NCBI GenBank assembly: GCA_051362555.1
Contig: CM120640.1
Span: 3,224,001-3,288,000, forward strand
Source of the DNA: Lingula anatina
Lineage: Eukaryota; Animalia; Brachiopoda
Length of the DNA: 64,000 nt
Direction: 5' to 3'
Both the position numbers and the translations under genes were made by a program. Numbering within the stretch: the first letter of the stretch is position 1; each line of letters begins with the position of its first letter. Of the stretch, positions 12,102-25,174 are shown in pieces. The notes beneath the pieces were generated by a model. The model made no database searches. It worked only from the letters and a program-made list of their open reading frames with translations, and was not told the DNA's origin.

Positions 12102-15100
12102 ATGCATCCGACAATTCATGGAACTACCATGGACGATAAAGAACGAGTAAGTGTAAATTTTTATGTTATGATTTGGCAAATTTTAACCTCCATCTCTTTC
12201 GAAACCCATGAATATTTCAACAAATAAGGACGTCTCGTTTTCTTTTCGAATTCTATTAAATATGCGATATGACGCATCACATTACCTGTCGCCTGAACAG
12301 TAAGTCAGTGAGAACGTAAAAGAGTATTTTTCTGATGAAACATATGAGTTGGTTTTTCTAAATCTTGCGAAATTAAGCTGGTCAACTGAGTGCGTTTATC
12401 AGACGGCATTAAGCCAGGATGTACAGTGAAGTGGGCTGGGCAAATGTGACCGCCGTCTCATCCAATCACAGGTGTTAAAATGTTGACAAGCCCCCATTTT
12501 ATGCACACATTGTTTAAACACTCATTATAAGATGTATTTTTGGGAAATTTTGAGTTTTTAAAGGGCCTGCATTTTGAGTCCTCGGTTTGACCTTGGTAAC
12601 CTTGGGACTCTGCAGGCCACACATGGACCATTCTGCTGCCAAAAATCAAGATGTTTGGAACAATTATGAATTTTTTATACTGAATGCAAATGTAAACATA
12701 TGAAATGTAATTTATAAAGTCATACAAACATATGTGTATGTTTTCGAGTGTAAAATGTCTAGCATACCTGGTATTATGTATGTTTGCACAAAAATCTATA
12801 ACTTTTGATTGATTGTTTAATTGGTCATCAATCCTAATCATGATAGAAAATAGTGGTTTAAATCATCCTGACAACAATTTACAGGGTGAAATGACAGTAA
12901 GAACAATTGCTCCAAAAGACAGTGCAGTTCCCATGGCGATAGCCACATGCAAGCCTTTGAAAGAGAATACAAGCATTGTGTGCTGCCCCCTCCCTGTGCT
13001 GGTTAGATATGTTGTATAAGTCTCACAAAGTCAGGAAGGCCATTTATGTTACCATTGTCGAGTGTGCAGTAGACCATTTCGCATGATACATCTACTGTGC
13101 TATTGTCGTGCTAAAGTCATTTTGTCAAGGCGAGGTATGCAGACATAGGGCATTTTTGCATAAAACTCATCCAAGCAGAGAGTCAACAACTTGTTATCAA
13201 CAACAAGTTACACTATTTATATATTATATGGTGGTTGTGACGAAAATAATTTAACAGAGTTTTGTTACAGCTGGGTATCAGATTTACACACTGAAGACCC
13301 TAGGGTGGGGGAAGGGGCATAAGGGGCAAACACGCAGAGTAAAACTTGGTTTAAAAAATTACTTGAAAAAATCTGGTTTTCTTTGTATAACTATTTCAAT
13401 ATTAAGCTGTTGATTAAAAAAAAAAAAAACTTCACCTCTTCATACAACTTAAAATTTGGATAAGCATGATTAAAAATCTCAAGGCTCTTGTTCGCATATA
13501 AAATTCTCCAAATGTTTAAGTTAATTATCAGTCTTAGGTGATAAAATATATTTCGCCTTTCAGAATTGGGTTTGAGTCTTTAAATCCCCCCCCCCTCTTT
13601 TTTTTTGGGGGGGGGGGGGAATTGTAGAGTGAAAAATTAGAAATATTCTATCTTGATGGAATACAAATCATTACTTATAAATGAATAAAGTGGTTTGATT
13701 TTAAGTCAGGGGGAGGAAATCATTTGGCTAAAAACTACATAACTGACTATCAATTACAAAACTTTTTCTATATTTTATTAACCCCTATCCCTTTGATAAA
13801 TTTATTGAGAATGCATCAGTTTATTCCAATAAGTCATGTCATCTTTTAATGATTTTTTAATTACGCTTTAAGGGCACAATCATAGGAGTACAGTTATAAA
13901 GACCCTAAGTGTTGACATAGCAATTAAGATAGCATTTCTTTTAAGATTAATGAAAGCCAAACTTATCTAATGAACTTGGTTTAAGGCCATCGTCCCCTGT
14001 GTCAGCATGTCTGAAAGTGAGAACAGTTTACAGACTGTAGTCTGCAGGTTCTAGAGTACAGGGACCCAAGATCAAGGTCACGGTATCATATCTTTGTGAT
14101 TCCGTTCACATCCCGTAGGCATGATGACCACATGCACCCTCTATGGGATTTGTATAGATTACAGATATGATATTTTTGTCGGGGAGTGTCAATATTTAAG
14201 ACGTTTTACTGATTTTATATTTTCATACTTGAGCTGAGTTGTTGCATTGGTTTTGACGTGCAGTTGCATGGTTTCTGATGCCTTAAAACATTCGAGTTTC
14301 CAAGTCAACTAACTGTAGGCTGAATCACATTCAATCATAGTTATTATTCTAGAAGAGTAGATTTACTAGAACAGCGAGTCCAACAAGTTTTGGAACTTTC
14401 TTGAAAGTTGAGATTACTTTGCAGTTTGGCTTAAAAGTCTGTCTTTTTTCTCCAAAATATTATATATGTTGATATTTACATTGCACACCACTATATGCAC
14501 ACACATGTGTCCTTTCATTTATGCACACCTGTGCTGGTGCTGGTGGTGGTGGTGGGGAGGGTCCTCTAGATTTTGGACTTCAGGTCATTTTTCACACAGA
14601 CTTGTACAAGTAGTAAGCTGTTACTGAATTAGTGAAGTTAAAAATATTTGCCTCTTTCTTCCACTTCCTGATAGTGAAACAGCAAGTGTCCAAAATTTGG
14701 ATACAGAGACTTTCCCGGAATCCAAAATTTAATCTTTTTTAGTGTAGAACCAGGATATTGTTTGTGTCTCGGGTCTGTTTTTTTCCACCTACACCATGCT
14801 ATAAGACATCAGTCACTGGGGCTTGGCTAGCCTTCCCTGCTCTAGAAAACAACAAGAACAAACATGTAGTAAACACAGAAGTGTGTGCAAATCTAGTGCT
14901 GGGTGCATTCATGGAAGCCAATAAGATGACAATTCTTTTTTACAAATTAAGTAGATTTCATTAATTTGCTTACAGGACAAGCAGTAATTTACTAGTACTT
15001 TGAGCTTAAGTCAAGACAAGCTAACATCAGTGCATTTTGACCCATTCACATTTAGCAATAGCCACAGCTTTAATGACCTCAGGCTCCCTATATCATGAAC

Positions 15101-18100
15101 TATCTAGGTAACTGGTCTGATTTAGAGGGTAACCTGTTGTCCGTTATTCACCTCCTATATAACAGAAGTCTAGTTTCAGTCCCGTTCAGTTAACTTACCA
15201 TATATCAGTAAATACAGGTAGTATTAAATTCCGTTCTGTATTTCTATTCAATTGGGGTCATAAAAACATTCAGACACATTCAGTCGTCATACCCCATTAA
15301 TATTTGAAATTTTAGTGTCATATGAAACAGGAATGTCTCAATATATATTTAGTAGCTATATGTGTGTATACATACAGTATCACATAACAGAATAATGCCC
15401 CTTCCCTTAGACTAAGGCTAGCATAGTTTACTATTAAGTGCTGACCTTTTATGCTTAGAAACTGCATGCATACTGTATGTTATTTGTATTTTTCTTAAGT
15501 CAGGTGTTTTAAAATTAAAAGACCCCAAAACAAAATCAACTGTTTATTTATTTCCTACACTTCTCAAACTTTTCATAGTAAACAATTCATCAGTGAGTAT
15601 CTGTGTGGTTTACTGACGCTGTGCCAGCCAGACTGACGCACATGTGTTTTATCCAGTGAATAACCTTGAGATCTCAGCAGTGTGTACATGGAAAATTCCT
15701 ACAAGTAGTCGGGTCACCTTTGCTGATGTAAATATAAACATTCCTCAGGTCTTGTTTTATTAGTACCACAATCGCTGTTATAGCTTTGTGGATAATTATT
15801 ATTTTTTTGCAGAAATAGATCGTAGGAGTAGGACACTTAGACATATGTATAGAAATGCAGAAGTGATATTTTATATTTTTTTGGAACTTTAAACTTTTTT
15901 GTATCCTGCACTTTGCAAAACAATATAAGTCTTCTAGGAGTGTTTTTGAAAAACAAATTTGTTTGTGAAATAAAAAACAATTTTACAGTAATTATGTCAT
16001 ATTCAATTGGGGTCATAAAAACATTCAGTCACATTCAGTCATCGTAAAAACAAAATAAATTTATTATATTCACCCTGACCTAGAAATGATCCCCTCGATT
16101 GCTGTTTTGATAAAGAAAAAGTTTTTTATAAACAAATTGTGCATTTTTTTTCAGTCATCAACATTTCAGTACTAATTGATAGTATTTTGAAAACTCTACC
16201 TTGTGGAAATAATTATGGCATGAAGGTGTATAGTTGAACTGCAGGTTTGCGTGCCTTGTGTGCTGTACTTGTTTACAAAATCATAGCCAACAATGATCAA
16301 CATCACCAATGGAGTGCCTCCATTTTGCTTACGAAATCTGTGTCCTTCATAATCAGTGTACAGTGTAGTAATGAATGACATAAGCAGTTGCTGTACCTGA
16401 GCCAGTATAATTGGAATAAAACCCTAGTGTTGTGTAATAGTAATACTTTGCAAGTTATGAAACTTGTTGATTTTGACCACCTAATGTGAATAATCTGACC
16501 AGTAACTCACTGTTATTTTCCAGTGTTCTGTTGGTGTAGCTATAAAAGATTATTGAAGTATAAAGTTATTGAAGTATAAAGATCCTTTCAATCCACATGC
16601 TTACTGAACTTGTGCTGACTTTTGCCATGAAATCACATACGTAAATAATTAGAAAAAAAAAGAAGTGAAGAGAAGATATGCAGTATATGCTAAAATGACT
16701 GAGGTGAAACAGGTACAAAGTGTGGTATTTAATTGATGGCTAAATACACTATAAAAAGATTACATAGTATTTGATTGTTTCACTGCTATCTAGGGACTGG
16801 GTATTATGATTGTGCAAAATTTACTATTGCAAGTGGATTTGAATGAATGGGTGATGTGTAAAGTTAACAAAGTTATGATAAAATCAATAAAAAAGAAAAA
16901 TATTCTTGTTTAAATGTGTAGCTTACTTGCAGGTTGAAAGAATAGTGGAAGAGCTAAAGCTCTCTGACGTGCAGCTACGGAAGGTGATGCAGCTCTTGGA
17001 TGATGAGATGAACAAGGGTCTGTGTAAAGGAACAAATCCAAACGCAGCTATCAAGATGTTCCCAACATACGTCAGATCTATACCTGATGGCACAGGTAAG
17101 ATAAACACTGTGATATCTGTGACACGGGGTTCAGATATGAGTGTCATTAATAGATTTACACATGTGCATGCATATAGCCACATGCACACCTACATGCATG
17201 CACATCCACGCATGCACACCTACACCACTCAGATGCATGCAAACAGATGTTGATGTTTATTGTCCTGACACCATTGATAAATATAAAGTTACATCACAGT
17301 CAGTTTTGCCTCAGTACTGTCCGTTTTATGTCACTATTGTCAGCACCACTGTTCCCATCTTGTCAGCACTGTCAGTTTTATATTGTCAACACCACACTCC
17401 CAGCCAGTTTTCAGTTTTATGCCTGTTTTGCCAACACCACTATCCCAAGTCAACACTGTCAGTTATTATCACTATTGTCAGCACCTCTGTCCCAGTCAAC
17501 TGTCAGTTTTATAGCACTGTTCAGTGTTGACAACACTGTCAGTTAATATCACTATTGTCAGCACCACTGTCCCAGTCAACTATCAGTTTTATATCACAAT
17601 TGTCAGCACCACTGTCCCAGTCAATACTGTCAGTTATTATCACTATTGTCAGCACCACTGTCCCAGTCAACTGTCAGTTTTATATCACTATTGTCAGCAC
17701 CACTGTCCCAGTCAACTGTCAGTTTTATATCACTATTGTCAGCACCACTGTCCCAGTCAACTGTCAGTTTTATATCACTATTGTCAGCATCACTGTCCCA
17801 GTCAACACTCAGTTTGATATCACCATCACCTATGTAGTAAGTATGCTCTGCAGTAGCAGTCATTCACGTTCTGATCATGATCAGTATCTGTGGAAAGGTG
17901 ACCTCAATGAGGTACAGGCCAGATAGGCAGATGTTATCTTCAGAGTACTATCTGTCTGAAATACAACTGCAAGACCATCAACTGGCTTGGAGTTATGATG
18001 GGGAAATTATGTCTGGCTGGAATTTTACAGGCTGAAATTTGGGATTCTCAAGTCATATTTAATTATTATGGACCCATGATACTAAGTGGCAATGTGTTGT

Positions 18101-21100
18101 CTGAATGTTTGTTTTATGTTCTACTCATCATAAAATCTACCTTTATCTGTAAATACCAAAGCTCCTTGGCTTACATTTAGGGACCATTCCCAGACCCTGT
18201 CGTACCAACTGTGGATCAATCTATCTCCAAGGGGATTCTTGCTAAATTGCAATCAATGTAAGCAGCGTAGATGTCTGTCACGCCTACTGAAGCTGCTAGG
18301 GGGTAATTAATTATTGTGTAGCTGCTTCAGTAGGCGTGCAAGACATCTAAGCCGCTTAAGCTGAAAGCAATTTAGCGAGAAATCCCTTGGAGATGGATCG
18401 ATCCAGTTTTATTGATCTAGGTATGGGAACCCCGTTTTAAAGAAATAGATGAGAAGTATTAAAACTCTGGATATGCCTTGCAGAATTTAATTTCACCTGT
18501 GCAGAGATTCCATATCAATTCAATGACTGTGTGTAACAGAATTTAACTCTCTACCAAAGGCTAGCTGGGTGATGACATCATTTTTTGTGCAAAAATTCAC
18601 AGTGCGTGACTAGCCAGAGAAATATCTGTTAATATCTAGTGATAAAAATTCACTCTCTGACCCTGGTAGAGGGTGAGAGAATTTGCCTTGCAGCTGGCAA
18701 CAGGTAACCAGTTCAAGCAAAAATGAAAAGTGTTAGCCAATGGACAATGCATTCATTTATTCATTGTGAATAGGTAGGTTTAATATTTATTTTGTCAGGT
18801 GTTTTCATTGACTTACCTGTATGGTACCAAAACAGTCATATTTTTGTACAAGGAATCCAAGGTATTAAAAAAAAAGTGATGTAGAGAATTTAATGTTGAC
18901 TGTGTTGTTTCTTTTCCAGAGGAAGGGAACTACTTGGCCCTGGATCTTGGGGGCACCAACTTCAGAGTGTTGCTGATCAGGCTGAATGGTTCCGAGGTGT
19001 CTATGAGGAGTAAAATCTTCTTGGTTCCAAACTTCATCATGACAGGAACAGCGGAAGAGGTGGGTTTCTGAGGGGGCTGGGATAAGGATGGAACAGATGG
19101 TTGTCTTTTAGGGACCATTCCCAGAGCCTATTGTACTAACTGTGGATCGATCTATCTCCGAGGGATTAGCGCTTAATTGCAATCAACTTGAGCTTAGTTG
19201 TCTGCCACGCCTACTGAAGCCACTAAGGGGTAATTAGCAGCTTCAGTAGATGTGTCAGACATCTTAGCCGTTTAAACTGAATGCAATTTAGCGAGAAACC
19301 CCTCGGAGATGGATCGATCCTGTTAGATCGATCTAGGCATGGGAACCCAGTCCTAGAACTTGGGGTGTTGTTTATTCCCTTCCCCTGAACCCCCCCCACC
19401 ATCACCCCCAACCCCCATCTAGAGGTGAGCATCTCTGATTATGTTAAATTAAAACCTTTTTCTCAAGATATTTACAATATTGTATTACCAAAGAAAGTGA
19501 AAACCATTATGCATAATTATTTTCACCACACTCTCATTTTATTTTTGGCACACAGAGGTGAGTTCCCCCTCGATTAAGGTGTTTTCCAAGTACTTTCAAA
19601 TAATGCTTACGTAGTATCAGGTGGAATTAAAATTGAGTGCTGTGGAGATGTTTACAAGAATATTTGGGGAAATCATTGGCAAGTTTTCAAAAATAGAATT
19701 TTGGTGGTTTAGGTGAAAGAAATAATTGAAATGTAGTAAACTCAAATTATTGCAGGTGTATGCATTCGTCTCAGGTACATGTTTTTTTTTTTTTTTTACT
19801 GTTCTGGCTTAAATTGTTAAGATTATAGGCAAAATATTGTGAGCCTTTTGGGCCAGTGAAGTTCAGACCTTTTGACTCGCATTAAAAAGTTTAACTATTA
19901 CTGTTTAAAGAAAAAATAATAATAATCAGACCTGAAAAGCTCTAATGAGCTACATGATCCCATATTTGATATATATATTTTTATGACTGTACACACATAA
20001 TTGAATACCTGTATAGCAGATCGAAGGCTATGCACATATATATATATATACAATCCACTTTTTGTGTGTGTCTGGGTTGACTTGGCAGCCAAGACACATG
20101 ATAAGATCAGGATATTTAGCCTGAAGTCTAGACACCACAGACAGTTGCCATTTGTTTCTTAAATCTCTGTTTAACATGGAGAACCTGATGGGTTAATATT
20201 GCATCAGCCCCCTTGCAGGTGTCCTGAATGACCTTAATTTGCATGTGGTTTCAACATTCCACGCTTGGTTATTGTGAAATGTGGTGTCAAAAGCACGTTT
20301 AGTACAGGGGCTTTGTATATATTATGACTGGATATTTTGCATGTTGTCTTTTATATGACCTTGTCGAATATTTGCAGTGAGCATGCAGGCATAATAATGT
20401 AATATGAAAACAACAGATCAATATGATATTGGACTTTGACCTTGTTAATGTTTGGCCAGTGCAGTATTTGGACAGATTGAGCTAAGTGGAATGTTTGGAT
20501 GTGTTTGTTAGATGCTGTTACTAGAGGGGTGTGTCAGAATCCTGGCCTCTGATTGGCTGAAAGGCATTCCTTCAGTGTGTTCAATACATGCTGGTGTGCA
20601 CATGTGGTGTTGAGTCTAGGTCAGGTATTGTGTCACTCTGTTTCCTGTCTGCGACCCATCACATTTATTATCACAGCTCATCCAAATGAAACATGAAGAA
20701 GGTCATGTGAATGTTTTTTTTTGGCCATTTTACCCCCAAAATAAGACTATTGATGATAGGATTTATTGCTGTCCATTTTGTGGTATATTCAGCTGCACAG
20801 GTTAATGTTGCTGTCTTCCCACGCTGTAATGAATAACCATGCTGCTGCAGATAAAACCATAGCGCTGTGGATCGATTACTTTTCTGTCTTGGCAAGATGC
20901 CATCTGGAGAGGATGGCATTGGTTATTTAGTGTGTCTGCTATCAATAATCCTCCAGATTTTCACTATACCTATAATACAGAAAGTCCAAGAATAAAATAA
21001 ATACATGTTGTAATAAGTGGAAAAAATTCTTAACATGTTAACTTTGTTTAATAATCTTTTGATGAATTGACGAAGGTATGAATATTGTGACCTTTGTGAG

Positions 21101-24100
21101 AGAGAATATATAAAGATGGTGATCATTCATTCCAAAGCTGCTGCGGACATATCTCATTCTAACCTTTCTAAACTTGGCTCGAATTCAATACATGGCAGAC
21201 GTTCAAAACCACAGGAACAGAATTGACCAATCAGCAGTGAGCTGAGGTGCCAAGCCCCTGACACACCTTTCATAGAAATTTATGGTGAAAATGTACTTGG
21301 AACTTATGCAACTGCTGTCTGATTCATCAAATATTTTAGGCAATAATGGGTAATCATTGTGGCTTTTAAAAGAATTGCTTTTTGTCTTGTGAGGGGAATT
21401 TTGATGTCTGTTTTGCTTACGGAGAGACTGGTCAAGGTTAGAGCTGTTACAAGGTCAACAATGTTGAGAAAAATGTACCTAGGGCTAATGAGGACATCGT
21501 TTGGCTGTGTTCTGAATATACTCCATGTTATCCAGTTTGGCTATTACATATTTAACTTATCCTGATGCCATTGCTGACATATACTGCATATTTTGCATCC
21601 TAATGTTACACATTTTTCTGTATGTCTTATTAATAAAATTTAATTAACCCACTTACCCAGGCTTGATACAGGGGTTTGAATTATTTATAAATCAGAATTA
21701 TCACAAAATACAAATGTTAACTGCATAGACGTTTAATCATATGCAATCATTTCTGAACAAGAGCAGATGCATTTTATAGGAAGATTTCCCACTAGAAGAT
21801 GATGCATATCTTTGTCTTTTTGTGAATAGTGCATTTTCTGTTATTGAAAATTGAACTGCTTTTGATGTGCTATTGTGTTAGGTGTGACTTTAAATGTGTT
21901 GGGTGTGAATGGAGCATGTTGAATAACATTAACTACTGTCGGACTGTCTGGGACAGGTCAAAGTTCAGTTTGAACATTTTTTGAGCCAATTTTGCCATTT
22001 TGGACAAACATACATTCTTGATTACACATTAGTTTACTGAGTTCACTGACAGGTATGAATGAAAAAAAATATTGGTTTTGTTGGACAGGTTGGATTCAAA
22101 TTTGGACAGGTCAAATTTATGGTCATAAAAGTTAATGTTGATCCATGGAAAGGAAAAGTTTACTTGTGGACCATATTGGAATGTAGTCGCATGTACAGTT
22201 TCCACAAAAACATTAAAACCATATTTAATTTTACACTGATGAAATCAAGATATTTGCTGAACTGTTACTATGATATCACACACAAAAATATATATTAACC
22301 ATATCAGTTGATAAACTATATCAGATGATGACAGCAACAATATCAAGTATATAAAATATGGATGTGTTATATATTGAACAGGGTTGTTTGCAGAGCTAAA
22401 GGTACGAGTGGGTGTTGCTGTATTGAGATTAGAAGTCATCAGGAATTGATGATTCAACTAGAAAACCACAACCACACTTTATTACTGGGACACAGGTCTT
22501 TCAGCGTACATGAATGTCCTTTACAAGATTTTAAGAAACATTCTTAAAACGAAACAGGATACTAGTATATATATATTTCTTTGAAAGAAAGATGCTATCT
22601 ATCTATCTATCTTTCCATTTTGACAAAAAGATGGTATCTGTATCCCTCCATTTATCAATATATTCATATGCATATATGATGAGAAAATAAATCTTGTTTT
22701 AATGTAAAATGGCCTCTTAAATTTTTTTAAAACCATGTCTTCGCTCTTTTGGTAGTTTACAGGATAATTATAAACAAATTGTCTGTCTGGGAAGTTAAGA
22801 GGTTAAGTGAGATGTCTCTGACTGGTGACATTGCCTCACAATGTTAGTCTTGCACAATGTTAGTCTTGCCGCACCTTGTTTCATTAGTTTGGTATTTTTA
22901 GCACTTAAACAGCAGCGTTAGTGGTGGAATATGGCCATTCAGCATACCACAACAGATGGATGAAGTGCCTTGAGTCTCAGATTCTATTTGTAAATGTCCA
23001 CTTCATATTAAAATGTTTTAAATGATTCTATCCCAGTTTACTGCATGGTGATCACCATCAATTTTATTTGTTACAATGAATATGCAGTTAGAAATGATTG
23101 CGCCCTTATTTGCAGTAATCCTAATCAGAAACCATAGCAAATATAACCAAATGTACTGGGAGGCACTGGATGCCATGTAGGTTTTCTGTAGAAGTCATAG
23201 ACAAAAAGACTAGGATGGTCATGGCTTAGGGTCACAGTATTTACTAGTATGATGAAGAATTATATTATAAGTGTGTCCTGCTTAAGATTACAATTATCAA
23301 TAAGACACAATTGTCAAGATACTAGGATAGGCTGCAAGAAATCAGTGGATCAAATATGGTGTGCACTTGACAATGGATTCCAGCCTTCAAAGCACGCTGT
23401 CCCAGCAGGGGCAGATCAATAAAATCTCAGCACACTTTCAAGTGGGTAGCGCCATATTTGATCTGCAGACTAGTTAGTTCACGGAACAACAAGTTCTGAA
23501 TACACCCATTATTACATTTTTACATAGTTACATTTTGGTTTCATATAATTCCAGCTCTTTGACCACATAGCAGAGTGTATCTCCAAGTTCATGCATGAAG
23601 AGGGTATAGCTGACCAGAAGCTGCCCCTGGGGTTCACATTTTCATTCCCGTGTAAACAGGAGGGTCTGGCCAGGGCCCGTCTGTCACAGTGGACGAAGGG
23701 GTTCAAGGTCAGCGGAGTGGAGGGAGAAGACATCGTGAGACTGCTACACGAGGCTATTGAGAGGAGGGATGTAAGTAATACTAAACTGGTTTATTAATTA
23801 ATTAATTAATTAATTTATAAGCTGTCTCATAGAGGTGAAAAATAAGATTTAAACATACATTACACATAAAACTGTTATAAAATCATTTAAAACATGACTA
23901 AAGTGCAATGCAGTGATTTTTAAAAAAATGTTTGTGATAAAAGTTACACGCGAACACACTTAGTTGACATGCCGTGAGAATATTTGGCACTGTTAACTAA
24001 AAGTGAGTCTTCCTGTCCCAATGTTGATTGGCAAAGTTGCAGACACACCTGGTCATTTCAAACCCATCAGTGTGGCCAGTGAAGAGAGAGATGGATATCT

Positions 24101-25132
24101 CCCATATTAAACAGCTTTTTGCATACCTTGCAGTAACACATCTGACATTGACATACTATGGATGTGGACAGTAACATTTTTTTTCTCATGTCATGTTGAC
24201 ATTACCAAGTAGTTTGGGCTATATAACCAAAAAGAAGTCTTTTTGTGAGTGTTTTTTATCTGTGCCAGCATCAACTTTTGATAAATTTTTGAATGCCTGT
24301 TGCAGATGTATGGATGAAGGCTATTTGAATGCATCTTTTGTATTAAAATGTTTCGATTTGGAAATGGTCCAAGTAACTCCAATATTGACAATAGCATTTC
24401 GTTTTTGTAAGAAAAGAAAACAACAAACATTCCAGTCAGCTTGATGCTGATACTTTTAAATTCTTATACATTGGAATGTTAGGGACTTTTTACATTGAAT
24501 TTTGTCAACCAAGGTAATGTGCACTTACTCCATGGGGACTTTTGCTGAATGCAATCAGATTAACAGAGTAACGTGCCTCCTCTTGTTTCAAACATACCAG
24601 CTTTTCTATGTGTAACTCTACTAGTGCCACGAGGGGGCGTGTTGGTCTGCATTTGGCCAGAATCCCTGTGGAGTTAGTGATATTAGCTTGGTCAACAAAA
24701 TTCATTGCAAACAGTTTCATAGTTTCTGCCACTCCAGGGCTGCCATTTAATAACATTGACATTTCTATTTTAAAAGAAAAAAAAAATGATTATGAACATT
24801 GGAGTTATATGTCTCAGTGACTCAATCTTGAAAGTAACAGATTATTAACAGATTATTTCAATCCAAGTTTTTTATCGCAAAAAAATTTGATAAAAATAAT
24901 AATAAACATGATTTTTTAAAACAAAGTTTAGACCAGTCACAATGGTAGCAGGAAGAAGGGGGGAGGGCGTTCACAAAAAAATGACCCCCCTGCCTGTTGT
25001 TACATGTTCACAGTGCTAGTGTTATATTTACAGGACATTGATGTGGAGTGTGTAGCGGTGATAAATGACACAGTAGGAGCACAGATATCTTGTGCACACG
25101 AAGACAGAAACTGCCAGATTGGACTTATTTTA

Positions 25133-25174
<42 letters not shown>

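Noticed and set aside
17141-17926. Cys/His-rich repetitive ORFs; CRISPR-like periodicity
   Set aside because: 45-bp tandem minisatellite with no unique spacers, inside a eukaryotic intron.
25055-25100. Hexokinase NDTVGAQ instead of NDTVGTM as a sign of a pseudoenzyme
   Set aside because: The catalytic Asp and all other substrate-binding motifs are intact.
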